Assembly (NCBI GenBank): GCA_947649575.1
Contig: CANSRZ010000004.1
Coordinates: forward strand, 71,569 to 135,568
Direction: 5' to 3'
DNA from: an uncultured Clostridia bacterium
GTDB lineage: Bacteria > Bacillota > Clostridia > Christensenellales > UBA1242
Length of the DNA: 64,000 nucleotides
The notes under the pieces are model-generated. The model was not told the origin of the DNA. It did no database searches and saw nothing but the letters and a program-made list of their open reading frames with translations. Below, in pieces: positions 18,253 through 27,132 of this stretch; positions within the stretch are counted from its first letter, which is position 1, and each line of letters begins with the position of its first letter. The position numbers and the translations under genes were made by a program.

Positions 18253-19018
18253 AATATAATTCCAAAATTTTATTCATGTCAACAACGTCACTTCCTGTAA
18301 CTATGCCAAGAGTTTTTTGATTTATGTCACCGTCTTTGGTGATAAGAATTGCCAATAATTTTGGCTTATTGTGAAACTCATTCAAAGCTTCTTCAACTGT
18401 GATTGAGGCTGGTGCAATTGTGTAATAATTTGAATTTTCCACAACAGAAAGCATATCTTCAATTTTAACATGATTTAAAAAGTTTTCGCTTTTGCCACCT
18501 GCAAGCAAAAATTGACCGAGGCTATCCAAAATCTTTTGCCCATTTGCAATTCCAATCAAATTTTCGCCGTCATAAACTGGCAAGTTGGAATATTTTGAGG
18601 TTGCCATTAAAGTTATAATATCATACATGCTGGTATCAGCTGAGACTGTTAACACATCACGTCTTGCAACTGTATCAAGTGCTTTTGGAGGAGTGGTTAA
18701 AAGTTTTGCGATGCGCTCTATATCTTCAACAACAGACATATGAGGCTCTGCAATCACGATATCCTCATTTGAGTTGTGAACAATTGCATTTCGAAGCCTG
18801 CCATAATCTATCAAATTATCTTCATTTTTTCTGATGATATAGTTTAAAACAACCGCCTTTCTGATAAGGTCTGAAAAGCCCATGCTTCTGTTTATGCTGT
18901 ATCTCACTTTGAGAGCATAATCGATGTCATTATAGGCGTCAATAAATCGTTTTGCATTTGTTTTTTCTTCATTAATATTTTCTTGTTTGCTAGTTTCTTG
19001 AACTTTTTTCTTTGTCAT
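18251..19018 (-). CDS. CBS domain pair protein with unknown N-terminal domain
   Basis: The C-terminal half shows two CBS-like units (DVLTVSADTSMYDIITLM..., NLPVYDGENLIGI...; ...AILITKDGD..LGIVTGSDV). Confidence 0.65.
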   Translation of the reverse strand: MTKKKVQETSKQENINEEKTNAKRFIDAYNDIDYALKVRYSINRSMGFSDLIRKAVVLNYIIRKNEDNLIDYGRLRNAIVHNSNEDIVIAEPHMSVVEDIERIAKLLTTPPKALDTVARRDVLTVSADTSMYDIITLMATSKYSNLPVYDGENLIGIANGQKILDSLGQFLLAGGKSENFLNHVKIEDMLSVVENSNYYTIAPASITVEEALNEFHNKPKLLAILITKDGDINQKTLGIVTGSDVVDMNKILELY

Positions 19019-19104
19019 AAAACCTCACTAAGTTAATTATATAATAATATTTTATACAAATTTGCAAAAAAAGTAAAATAAAATCGCTAAAAAACAAAAT
19101 TTAC

Positions 19105-19132
19105 TTGACAAAAGTTTTCAGATGGATATACT
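19105..19132 (+). promoter_or_regulatory. promoter of the ileS leader
   Basis: TTGACA (19105-10), 16-nt spacer, TATACT (19127-32). Confidence 0.65.
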
Positions 19133-19139
19133 TAAAGTG

Positions 19140-19382
19140 TATTTGAAATAAAAGCGTTGATGAAAGACAAGGTTTTAAGCGGAAGTTTTCAGAGAGTTGC
19201 TGGTTGGTGAAAAGCAATGGCGGAGGCATAAAATTATCACTTTCGGAGTTGCTTGGCTGAAAATTATAGTAAGGCAAGTCGGGACTTCCCGTTATAGAAG
19301 GCGTGAGTGATAGCTCACTATAAGTTTACAAGTGGTTAAGCCTTTTTAAAGCACGGGGGTCTTGTATCTTTCCGTGCTTTTT
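19140..19382 (+). promoter_or_regulatory. T-box leader (Ile specifier) with intrinsic terminator
   Basis: Stem I elements TGATGA (K-turn), CAGAGAG and GGTTGGTGAAA. Candidate specifier ATC followed by A at 19236-39. UGGU bulge at 19333-36 flanked by ACAAG/CTTGT. Terminator AAAGCACGGG / TCCGTGCTTT followed by a T run (19348-19382). Lies upstream of ileS. Confidence 0.75.
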
Positions 19383-19384
19383 GC

Positions 19385-19581
19385 AACCTGATGTTGCACG
19401 ACTGTCTTATGAGCTTATAGCAAATTCAAATTGTATTCGTTCATAACAAGCGACCAGATGTCGCCCGAGTGTCTGCGAACTGTAATGAAAATTCATTTTA
19501 CAATCGTTCAACTAGCAAAGCGCTTGGCAATTGTCTTATTGGACACTTACAAAAACTAATTAGTTGTGCAACATCTGGTTA
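19385..19581 (+). repeat. approx. 197-nt element closed by a 19-bp imperfect inverted repeat (structured RNA or MITE-like insert)
   Basis: AACCTGATGTTGCACGACT (19385-19403) pairs with AGTTGTGCAACATCTGGTT (19562-19580), with 1 mismatch and 1 G-U. Internal hairpins at 19407-46, 19450-64 and 19478-19508, and helix 19467-74/19541-48. Confidence 0.6.
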
Positions 19582-19697
19582 TTTTCTTCTTTAAATTTTA
19601 TTAAAAAAATAAAAGATAAAGTTTGCGATTTTAGAAATTTGCAAATGAATTAGAAAGAAGAAAAAATCTTAAAGCGAATTTCTTAAATCGCAAAAAG

Positions 19698-19732
19698 TTT
19701 TCTTTTGCTTCTTTTCTTTGAAAGAAAAGAAG
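19698..19732 (-). repeat. hairpin repeat family copy (TTTTCTTTTG + CTTCTTTTCTTT-G-AAAGAAAGAAG type), B orientation, about 10 nt upstream of the ileS RBS
   Basis: GTTTTCTTTTG CTTCTTTTCTTT G AAAGAAAAGAAG. It is the right end of a partial third copy of the 235-bp element (19598-19732 resembles the right halves of the 27133 and 46371 elements). Confidence 0.75.
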
Positions 19733-19753
19733 ATAGGATAAGGAGAGAGAAAA

Positions 19754-22700
19754 ATGAAAAAAGAAAATTCAATGCCAAACTTTGTTGAAATGGAACACGG
19801 CGTGCTAAAACTTTGGGAGGATAACAAATGCTTTGATAAAGTTAAAGCCCAAAACGCAGGACACGAGCGTTTCCGCTTTTTGGACGGCCCTGCAACGGCA
19901 AATAATCGTTTGGGAATTCACCACTTTTGGGGCAGAACGCTTAAAGATTTAACAATTCGATATAACGCACTTAAAGGCAGAGATTGCCAATTTCAAAATG
20001 GCTTTGACGGTCAAGGCCTTTGGGTGGAAGTTAATGTCGAGAAAGAACTAGGCTTAAACGGCAAGCCAGAAATCCAAAAATATGGAATTGATAAATTTAC
20101 CAACAAGTGTATGGAGCGTGTTGCATATTTTGGCAATGAAATAACTCAGCAGTCAAAGCGCATGGGTCAATTTATGGACTGGGAGAATAGTTATTACACT
20201 AACACCGATGAAAATATCACTTCTATTTGGCATTTCCTTAAAACTTGCCATGAAAAAGGCTGGATTGCAAAAAAACATCGTCCAATGGCATGGTGTCCTC
20301 GATGTGGGACAAGCTTGTCTGAGCATGAAATGAGTTCATCTTATCATGAGGTTGAGCACACTGCAATTTATGCTAAATTCCCTGTGAAAAGCAAAGATTT
20401 TTATATCGTTGCATGGACAACAACGCCTTGGACGCTTTCTGCCAATGTGGCACTTGCTGTTAATCCAGAGTTTGATTATGTTAAAGTAGAGTTCAACGGC
20501 GAAAAGCTTGTGCTGGGCAAAGATAGGCTTAAACTTTTGAAAGCGGACGTTAAAATTTTGGAGACTTTTAAAGGCTCTGACCTTGTTGGACTTGAATATG
20601 AAACTTGTTTCCCAGAACTTGGCGACCAAAACTTTGCTCACAAAGTTGTTGCTTGGGATGAAGTCTCTGACGAGGACGGCTCTTGCGTTGTTCATATTGC
20701 ACCTGGCTGCGGTATGGAGGACTTTGAACTTGGACAATCTCTTGGGCTTCCAGAAATTTGTCCAATCAATGAGCAAGGAGTTATGCTTCCGTCAACTGGC
20801 TTCTTGGCTGGCAAAAAGACAACCGATGTTGTTGATTTGGTGGTTGATAGACTTAAACAAGACAATAAATTATTATATGCACATAAGCACAAGCACTCAT
20901 ATCCATTCTGCTGGCGCTGTAAAACTGACCTTGTTTACAAACTTATTGACGCGTGGTTCATCAAGGTAGACGAAATACGTCCAATGGCGCTTAAAGCTAT
21001 TGAAAGCGTTGAGTTTAAGCCTGAATATGCTAAAAAGCGTATGGTTGATTGGCTTTCAAACATGGGCGATTGGAACATTTCTCGTAGTCGTTTCTATGGG
21101 CTGCCACTTCCATTCTATGTTTGCGAAAAATGCAAAAAAGTTCACGTTATTGGCAGTTTGGAAGAGCTTAAAGCAAAGGCGATTGATCCTAGTCTTGTTG
21201 ACAAGCTCCCAAATATTCACAGACCTTGGATTGACGACATCAAAATCAAGTGCGAGTGCGGAGAAGAGCTTTCTCGTGTTCCAGAAGTTGGCGACGTTTG
21301 GCTCGACGCGGGGATTACGCCTTTCTCGACTAAGAAATATTTCACTGACAAAAAGTTTTTTGAAGAAAATTTCCCAAGCCAATATGTTTGCGAAATGATT
21401 GAGCAAATCAAGCTTTGGTTCTATTCACTTTTGATGATGAGCGTTGTTTTGACTGGCAAAGCTCCTTATGAAAAAGTTGTGACTTATCAATATGTTAAAG
21501 ATGAAAACGGCGGGGAATTCCACAAGAGCGGTGGAAATTCTTTGGAAGCCGACCATGTTGCTGATAAAGTTGGCGCTGACGTTGTAAGATATTTGTATTC
21601 TTCTTCAAGCCCTGTCAACGACATGCGTTTTGGCTTTAATTTGACCGATGAGGCAAGACGAAAATTGCTCAGTTTTTGGAATGTTTACACTTTCTTTAAC
21701 ACTTACGCTTGCATTGATAATCCTGATATTGCTGACTTCTATCCAAAAGAAAAAGACCTTTCTTATGCTGATAAGTGGCTGATTGAAAGCGTGAACAAGT
21801 TTATCAAAGATAGTGATGAGAATTATGCAAATGACAAAAACTATTTTGTTGTGCGCGATTTTGAAAAACTGGTGGATGATATTTCAAATTATTATATCCG
21901 CTCAAACAGAAAGCGCTTCTGGAAGAGCGAGAATAAAATCGACCAAATGACCGCTTATTGGTGTTTGTATTATGCAATCAAGTCAATAATTCAAGTTATG
22001 ACACCTATTATTCCATTTGTGACTGAGTATATTTGGCAAAATATGGTACGCGAAGTTGAAAAGAGTGAAAAAGAGTTCATCATGATGGCGGGCTATCCTG
22101 AAAAATTGTATGATAAAACTTTTGACGGCGTGCTTGAAACAACTGCCGTAGCAAGAGATATTATGTCAACTGCTCAGCGTTTAAGAAATGAAAACCAAAT
22201 CAAGGTTAAACAGCCTTTAAAGAAGATGTATGTGGCTGGCGAGAATGTTGAAAGTGTGGTTGAAGTTTTGGGAGAAATCATCAAAGACGAACTCAACATC
22301 AAAGAGATTGAGTGCGTGACTGACGACTCTAAGTTTAACGATGAATATCTGTCTGTCAACTTTAAAAAAGCGGGCGCAGTTTTAAAGGGTGATGTTCAAA
22401 AGCTCAAAAATGCACTTGCTGAATTGACGGATGAACAAATTAAGTTTGTAATGAATGGCTATTATAACGGCAAAGTTAGCGTTGGAGAATTTAAAGACCT
22501 TGACAGTGAACTGTTCAACCTTGAAAAGAAGCCTAAAACAGATTTTGTTATTGCTCATGAAAATGGTAACACCGTTGTGCTTGATATAAATCTTGATAAA
22601 GCGCTTGTATTAGAGGGCTATTATCGCGAATTTGTGAGAGGACTTCAAGTTCTTCGTAAAGAAGCCGATTTTGCAATTGACGAACGCATTTACGCTTACT

Positions 22701-22870
22701 TTGAAACAGCTGATGACGAACTTGCCGAAATGCTTTTCAACTACATGGATAAAATTAAGCAAGAAGTGCTTATCATCCGTGCAGTTGAAAGAGTGCTTAA
22801 GCCAGTGATTGAAAAAAACATTGAAGTTGGCGACAGTTTTATTATTGCAAAGCTAGAGAAATCTGAATAA
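19754..22870 (+). CDS. ileS: isoleucine--tRNA ligase
   Basis: 1038 aa class I aaRS. WCPRCGTSLSEHE zinc/editing-region motif typical of IleS. HIGH-like GIHH and KMSKS-like HKSGGNS. T-box with ATC specifier upstream. Confidence 0.88.
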   Translation: MKKENSMPNFVEMEHGVLKLWEDNKCFDKVKAQNAGHERFRFLDGPATANNRLGIHHFWGRTLKDLTIRYNALKGRDCQFQNGFDGQGLWVEVNVEKELGLNGKPEIQKYGIDKFTNKCMERVAYFGNEITQQSKRMGQFMDWENSYYTNTDENITSIWHFLKTCHEKGWIAKKHRPMAWCPRCGTSLSEHEMSSSYHEVEHTAIYAKFPVKSKDFYIVAWTTTPWTLSANVALAVNPEFDYVKVEFNGEKLVLGKDRLKLLKADVKILETFKGSDLVGLEYETCFPELGDQNFAHKVVAWDEVSDEDGSCVVHIAPGCGMEDFELGQSLGLPEICPINEQGVMLPSTGFLAGKKTTDVVDLVVDRLKQDNKLLYAHKHKHSYPFCWRCKTDLVYKLIDAWFIKVDEIRPMALKAIESVEFKPEYAKKRMVDWLSNMGDWNISRSRFYGLPLPFYVCEKCKKVHVIGSLEELKAKAIDPSLVDKLPNIHRPWIDDIKIKCECGEELSRVPEVGDVWLDAGITPFSTKKYFTDKKFFEENFPSQYVCEMIEQIKLWFYSLLMMSVVLTGKAPYEKVVTYQYVKDENGGEFHKSGGNSLEADHVADKVGADVVRYLYSSSSPVNDMRFGFNLTDEARRKLLSFWNVYTFFNTYACIDNPDIADFYPKEKDLSYADKWLIESVNKFIKDSDENYANDKNYFVVRDFEKLVDDISNYYIRSNRKRFWKSENKIDQMTAYWCLYYAIKSIIQVMTPIIPFVTEYIWQNMVREVEKSEKEFIMMAGYPEKLYDKTFDGVLETTAVARDIMSTAQRLRNENQIKVKQPLKKMYVAGENVESVVEVLGEIIKDELNIKEIECVTDDSKFNDEYLSVNFKKAGAVLKGDVQKLKNALAELTDEQIKFVMNGYYNGKVSVGEFKDLDSELFNLEKKPKTDFVIAHENGNTVVLDINLDKALVLEGYYREFVRGLQVLRKEADFAIDERIYAYFETADDELAEMLFNYMDKIKQEVLIIRAVERVLKPVIEKNIEVGDSFIIAKLEKSE

Positions 22871-22871
22871 C

Positions 22872-22899
22872 AAAAAACACGATAACATCGTGTTTTTTT
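22872..22899 (+). terminator. rho-independent terminator after ileS
   Basis: AAAAAACACGAT-AAC-ATCGTGTTTTTTT. Confidence 0.85.
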
Positions 22900-22901
22900 G
22901 A

Positions 22902-23450
22902 TTAATCTTCATTGATTTCGATAAATTTCATAAGCTTTATGTACATTTTTGAATTTTCTTTTTCTGTATATATAGTGGATGAACCATCCTCAAAAACGAC
23001 CTTAAATTTATAAACTCGTGTTTGTATAATTTCTTGATAGTTTAGAAATCCATGTAGCTTATCTGACATTTCAGTATAACTATCGATAATTTTTACTGCT
23101 TTTATGTATTTACCATTTATTTGCTTTGAATCTTCTATAATTAAAAGTTTGTTTATAATGCCATATTTAGCCCAGTTTTCTTCTTTCCATTTAAATTTTC
23201 GCGGGTCTGCTTTTTTAAACATTAAAATAATTGATACAGGAATATATATCAATATAAATATACTAAAAAGAAAATAGCCCAATACTATCCCCGTTATCCC
23301 AATTATTAAAATCAAAATATCAAATATAATATATTTTGAAAATTTGGTTTTAAAATTTTTTTTAGCTTCTTTGGCCTCTTCCTTAAGTTCTTCTTTAGAC
23401 ATATTATCTAATAATTGTTTTGCTTTTTCTTCAATTTGATTATAATCCAT
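22902..23450 (-). CDS. hypothetical membrane protein (182 aa)
   Basis: Charged coiled N-terminus, two hydrophobic segments (IIFDILILIIGITGIVLGYFLFSIFILIYIPVSIILMF), soluble C-terminal domain. Divergent from the XRE regulator. Confidence 0.5.
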   Translation of the reverse strand: MDYNQIEEKAKQLLDNMSKEELKEEAKEAKKNFKTKFSKYIIFDILILIIGITGIVLGYFLFSIFILIYIPVSIILMFKKADPRKFKWKEENWAKYGIINKLLIIEDSKQINGKYIKAVKIIDSYTEMSDKLHGFLNYQEIIQTRVYKFKVVFEDGSSTIYTEKENSKMYIKLMKFIEINED

Positions 23451-23479
23451 AATTTTTCTCCTTTATATTTCCTATTATA

Positions 23480-23529
23480 TACGAGAATTCCTCGTAAGTC
23501 AAGTAAAAAACGAAAATTTTTCGTATAAT
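23480..23529 (+). promoter_or_regulatory. operator-like palindromes and -10 box of the XRE gene
   Basis: TACGAG-N5-CTCGTA (23480-96). ACGAAAATTTTTCGT (23510-24) abuts TATAAT (23524-29). The ATG lies 6 nt after the -10 box. Confidence 0.55.
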
Positions 23530-23535
23530 ATTTTT

Positions 23536-23736
23536 ATGAATATAGGCGAGAATATAAAATCATTGAGGTTAGAGAGAGGAATGACGCAAACTCAGCTTGC
23601 GGAGATTCTGTTTTTAAGTCAAGATACTATTTCGCTATGGGAGTGTAATAAAAGTTTGCCAGATATTATTTCATTAATTAAATTATCTCAAACTTTTCAA
23701 GTTTCTACCGATTATATATTAGGATTAGAAAAATAG
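23536..23736 (+). CDS. XRE-family helix-turn-helix transcriptional regulator
   Basis: 66 aa. IKSLRLERGMTQTQLAEILFLSQDTISLWE is a classic HTH_3 pattern. No SD sequence (candidate leaderless mRNA). Confidence 0.85.
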   Translation: MNIGENIKSLRLERGMTQTQLAEILFLSQDTISLWECNKSLPDIISLIKLSQTFQVSTDYILGLEK

Positions 23737-23740
23737 AAAA

Positions 23741-23762
23741 CGACTTTCTAAGTCGCTTTTTT
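23741..23762 (+). terminator. terminator after the XRE gene
   Basis: CGACT-TTCTA-AGTCG followed by CTTTTTT. Confidence 0.55.
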
Positions 23763-23824
23763 GTTTATTTCTATTGCTTTTTTCTTAAAATTTTGCTAAA
23801 ATATAATTAATTAAGGAGAAAAAA

Positions 23825-24685
23825 TTGAAATTAGCAAATTCTTGGCAAGATTATAAAGTTTTGGCGACTGGCGATGGTGAAAAACTTGAAAAGTGGGGAG
23901 ATGTTACTCTTCTTCGTCCTGACCCTCAGGTTATTTGGCACGCAAAAAATAATTTAGCAAAAACAAAAGGACTTGACGCTCATTACAAACGCGAAAGCAC
24001 GGGTGGCGGTCATTGGGAATATCTTAAAAAAATTCCAGAAGAGTGGATAATATCTTGGCAGGGTGTGAAATTTTCTATCAAGCCTATGGGCTTTAAACAC
24101 ACAGGGCTTTTTCCTGAGCAGGCTGTTAATTGGATTGACATTGCAAAGCTTATTAAAAATTCAAATCGAGAAATTAAGGTGTTAAATCTTTTTGCTTATA
24201 CTGGTGCGGCAAGCGTTGTTTGTTCGCTCGCTGGCGCAAAAGTCACTCATGTGGACGCAAGCAAGGGCATGGTTGAGCGGGCAAGAGAAAATGCACGTTT
24301 AAACAAAATTGACAATATAAGATTTATAATAGACGACTGCAAAAAGTTTATTGAGCGTGAAATTCGCCGTGGCAACAAGTATGACGCAATCATTATGGAC
24401 CCACCAAGTTATGGGAGAGGAACAAGTGGCGAAACTTGGAAGCTTGAGGACAATCTTTTTGATTTTGTGTCACTTTGCAAGGGTGTGCTTAGCGATAATC
24501 CGTTGTTTGTTTTGATAAGTTCTTACACAACAGGTTTGCAGCCAGGAGTTTTGACAAATGTTTTAGGGCTTAACTTTGGCTATTCAAACATTGACGCTGA
24601 CGAAATCGGCTTGCCAAGCGAGGACGGCACAATCCTCCCTTGCGGTGCTAGGGGATTGAAAGTATTTAGGAGGGGAAATGAATAG
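23825..24685 (+). CDS. class I SAM-dependent methyltransferase (RlmI/YcbY C-terminal-like)
   Basis: TTG start after AAGGAGA. Motifs VLNLFAYTGAASV (SAM binding) and IIMDPPSYGRG. Confidence 0.7.
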   Translation: MKLANSWQDYKVLATGDGEKLEKWGDVTLLRPDPQVIWHAKNNLAKTKGLDAHYKRESTGGGHWEYLKKIPEEWIISWQGVKFSIKPMGFKHTGLFPEQAVNWIDIAKLIKNSNREIKVLNLFAYTGAASVVCSLAGAKVTHVDASKGMVERARENARLNKIDNIRFIIDDCKKFIEREIRRGNKYDAIIMDPPSYGRGTSGETWKLEDNLFDFVSLCKGVLSDNPLFVLISSYTTGLQPGVLTNVLGLNFGYSNIDADEIGLPSEDGTILPCGARGLKVFRRGNE

Positions 24686-25811
24686 GTTTGTATATTTAGA
24701 TAATAATGCGACAACCAAGATTTCAGCCTCTATTAAAGAAAAATTGCAACCATACTTGGATTTGCAATATGGGAATCCAAGTTCACTTTATGGTCATGGT
24801 GTAAAAATCAAGAAAGAGATTGTAAAAGCACGCCAAAATTGTGCAGATCTTTTAAATTGTAAGCCAGAAAATTTAATTTTTACCAGTGGTGGAAGTGAGA
24901 GTAATTGTTCTGCTTTTAATTCAGCAGTTAATCAATTTCCAAATAAAAATAAAATAATTACTACAAAGGTTGAACATAGTTCAATACTTGAATATTGCAA
25001 AATTCTTGAAAAGAAAGGTTATGAAATTGTTTATTTGGATGTAGATGAAAATTGCAATATAAATTTAAAACAACTTGAACAAGAAATTGATGAAAAAACT
25101 TGCCTAGTTTCAATTCAATTTGCAAACAATGAAGTTGGAACGATTTTACTTACAAAAGAAGTTGTTTCAAAAGTTGAGAAACTCAAACAAAAATTTGATT
25201 TTCTTTTTCATGTTGACGGTGTTCAAGGACTTGGGAAATTTAAAATTGATGTTGATGATTTGAACGCAGATTTCCTTTCTTGTTCAGGTCATAAAATACA
25301 TTGTCCAAAAGGAATTGGGTTGCTTTATATTAAGGACACCAAAAACTATATTCCTTTAATTGCAGGACATCAAGAATTTGGGCTTCGTGGTGGAACTGAA
25401 AATGTGTTAGGGATTATTGCTTTGGGAGAATCTTGTAATTATATAAACAACAATTTCAACGAAATTCATGAAAAGATTGTTGAAACTCACAATTATTTAG
25501 AAGAACAACTTTCAATGATTAAAGGTTTAAAAATAAATTGTAAAGATGTAGAGAGAATTCCAAACACAACAAGCCTAACTTTTGATGATATCTCTAGTAA
25601 TCAACTTATGTTTAAACTTGATGAAGTGGGGATATGTGTTTCAACAGGTTCAGCTTGTAACAGCGAAAGCAGTGAGCCAAGTTATGTTTTGACAAGTATG
25701 GGAATAAAAAATCCACAGAATACAATTCGAGTTAGCATTGATGAAAATACAACAATAGGTCAAATAGATTATTTCATAGAAAATTTAAAAAATATTTTAA
25801 AAGGAGAATAA
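24678..25811 (+). CDS. cysteine desulfurase family aminotransferase (second copy)
   Basis: YLDNNATT, PLP-lysine SGHKIHCPKG, catalytic GSACNSES. The start overlaps the preceding gene and follows AGGAGG. Confidence 0.85.
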   Translation: MNRFVYLDNNATTKISASIKEKLQPYLDLQYGNPSSLYGHGVKIKKEIVKARQNCADLLNCKPENLIFTSGGSESNCSAFNSAVNQFPNKNKIITTKVEHSSILEYCKILEKKGYEIVYLDVDENCNINLKQLEQEIDEKTCLVSIQFANNEVGTILLTKEVVSKVEKLKQKFDFLFHVDGVQGLGKFKIDVDDLNADFLSCSGHKIHCPKGIGLLYIKDTKNYIPLIAGHQEFGLRGGTENVLGIIALGESCNYINNNFNEIHEKIVETHNYLEEQLSMIKGLKINCKDVERIPNTTSLTFDDISSNQLMFKLDEVGICVSTGSACNSESSEPSYVLTSMGIKNPQNTIRVSIDENTTIGQIDYFIENLKNILKGE

Positions 25812-25815
25812 AATT

Positions 25816-26406
25816 ATGCCAGCAATTATAAATCATAAAATTTGTGACCAAGCAAATGCTTGTGGAGGAATTAATGTTTGTCCAGTGGGGGCATTCACTT
25901 ACAATGAAAAAACAAAAAGAATTGAAATCGATAATGATAAATGTATTTCATGTGGTGCTTGTGCAAAAACTTGTCCTATTGCTGCAATTGGAGTTGCAAA
26001 AACTTGGGAAGAGTTTGAAGAATTAAAACAAGCCATTGATGAAGATCCTAGAAGTGCAGATGATTTGTTCGTTGATAGATTTGGTGGTGACATAATCAAT
26101 GAAAATGTTTTGATTGATTTTGAAAATCTTGACAAAGTTATTAAAGAAAATGATAAAGTTATTATTGAACTTTTTAATGATGACAGCATTATGTGTCTAT
26201 TGAAATCTATTCCATATCAAGATATTTTAGCAAATTCAAATTACGATAAATATTATAGATGCAATGTTGGGACAAATGATTTTTCTAAGTATGGTATAAG
26301 TGAGCTTTCAAGTTTGTTGTTAGTAAATAACGGCAAAGTCACAAAAGTTGTAAATGGATATTTTGAAGAAAAATATAAGGAAAAACTATTTACATTATTA
26401 AAATAA
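25816..26406 (+). CDS. 4Fe-4S ferredoxin-domain protein with thioredoxin-like C-terminal region
   Basis: N-terminal Cys clusters CDQANACGGINVCP and CISCGACAKTCP. The C-terminal approx. 110 aa is not identified further. Confidence 0.55.
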   Translation: MPAIINHKICDQANACGGINVCPVGAFTYNEKTKRIEIDNDKCISCGACAKTCPIAAIGVAKTWEEFEELKQAIDEDPRSADDLFVDRFGGDIINENVLIDFENLDKVIKENDKVIIELFNDDSIMCLLKSIPYQDILANSNYDKYYRCNVGTNDFSKYGISELSSLLLVNNGKVTKVVNGYFEEKYKEKLFTLLK

Positions 26407-26422
26407 AGTTTAAGGAAGAAAA

Positions 26423-27124
26423 ATGGAAGAAAAGTTGAATGTTTTATATGAAGATAATCATGTGGTTGTGGTGATTAAGCCTCAAAATATGCCTTCGCAA
26501 GAAGATGAAAGCGGGGACATGGATTTATTAACGCTTGTAAAAAGTTATATTAAAGAAAAATATAACAAGCCAGGCGAGGTGTTTATTGGTCTTGTTCATA
26601 GACTTGATAGGCCTACCGGTGGCATTATGGTTTTTGCACGCAATTCAAAGTCGGCTGCAAGACTTTCAGAGCAAATCCGTGAGCATCAAATGGAAAAAAC
26701 TTATTATGCAGTTTGCAATGGCTGTCCTAAAGAGAAGAGCGGTAGTCTTATCAACTATCTTAAAAAGGACGAGAAAGAGAATATTGTTAAGATTGTGACG
26801 CGTAGTGAAACTGGCGCAAAAGAGGCAAAGTTAAGTTATAAAGTTTTGCAGGCAAATGAGGATAAATCTTTACTTGAAGTCAAAATTATAACTGGACGCA
26901 GTCATCAAATTCGCGTGCAAATGGCAGGCATAAACTGTTCACTTGTAGGGGACAATAAATATGGCAAAAATACTAACAAGGCTACTTCAAACTTAGGACT
27001 TTGGGCTGGCAAGTTAGAATTTGTTCACCCAGTAACCAAAGAGAAAATGGTGTTTATGGCAAAGCCTGACCAAGGCAAAGCTCCTTGGAAAGATTTCTAT
27101 TTAGATAAATATTTTATACGATAA
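26423..27124 (+). CDS. RluA-family pseudouridine synthase
   Basis: Catalytic motif HRLDRPTGGIMVFA. GRSHQIRVQM motif. Confidence 0.85.
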   Translation: MEEKLNVLYEDNHVVVVIKPQNMPSQEDESGDMDLLTLVKSYIKEKYNKPGEVFIGLVHRLDRPTGGIMVFARNSKSAARLSEQIREHQMEKTYYAVCNGCPKEKSGSLINYLKKDEKENIVKIVTRSETGAKEAKLSYKVLQANEDKSLLEVKIITGRSHQIRVQMAGINCSLVGDNKYGKNTNKATSNLGLWAGKLEFVHPVTKEKMVFMAKPDQGKAPWKDFYLDKYFIR

Positions 27125-27132
27125 GAGTTTGA

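Noticed and set aside
19385-19581. Possibility that the stem-closed 197-nt element is 6S RNA.
   Set aside because: The size fits, but the best pairings give a multi-branched fold rather than the rod with a central bubble. It also sits inside a T-box leader on the sense strand. I keep it as an unknown element instead.
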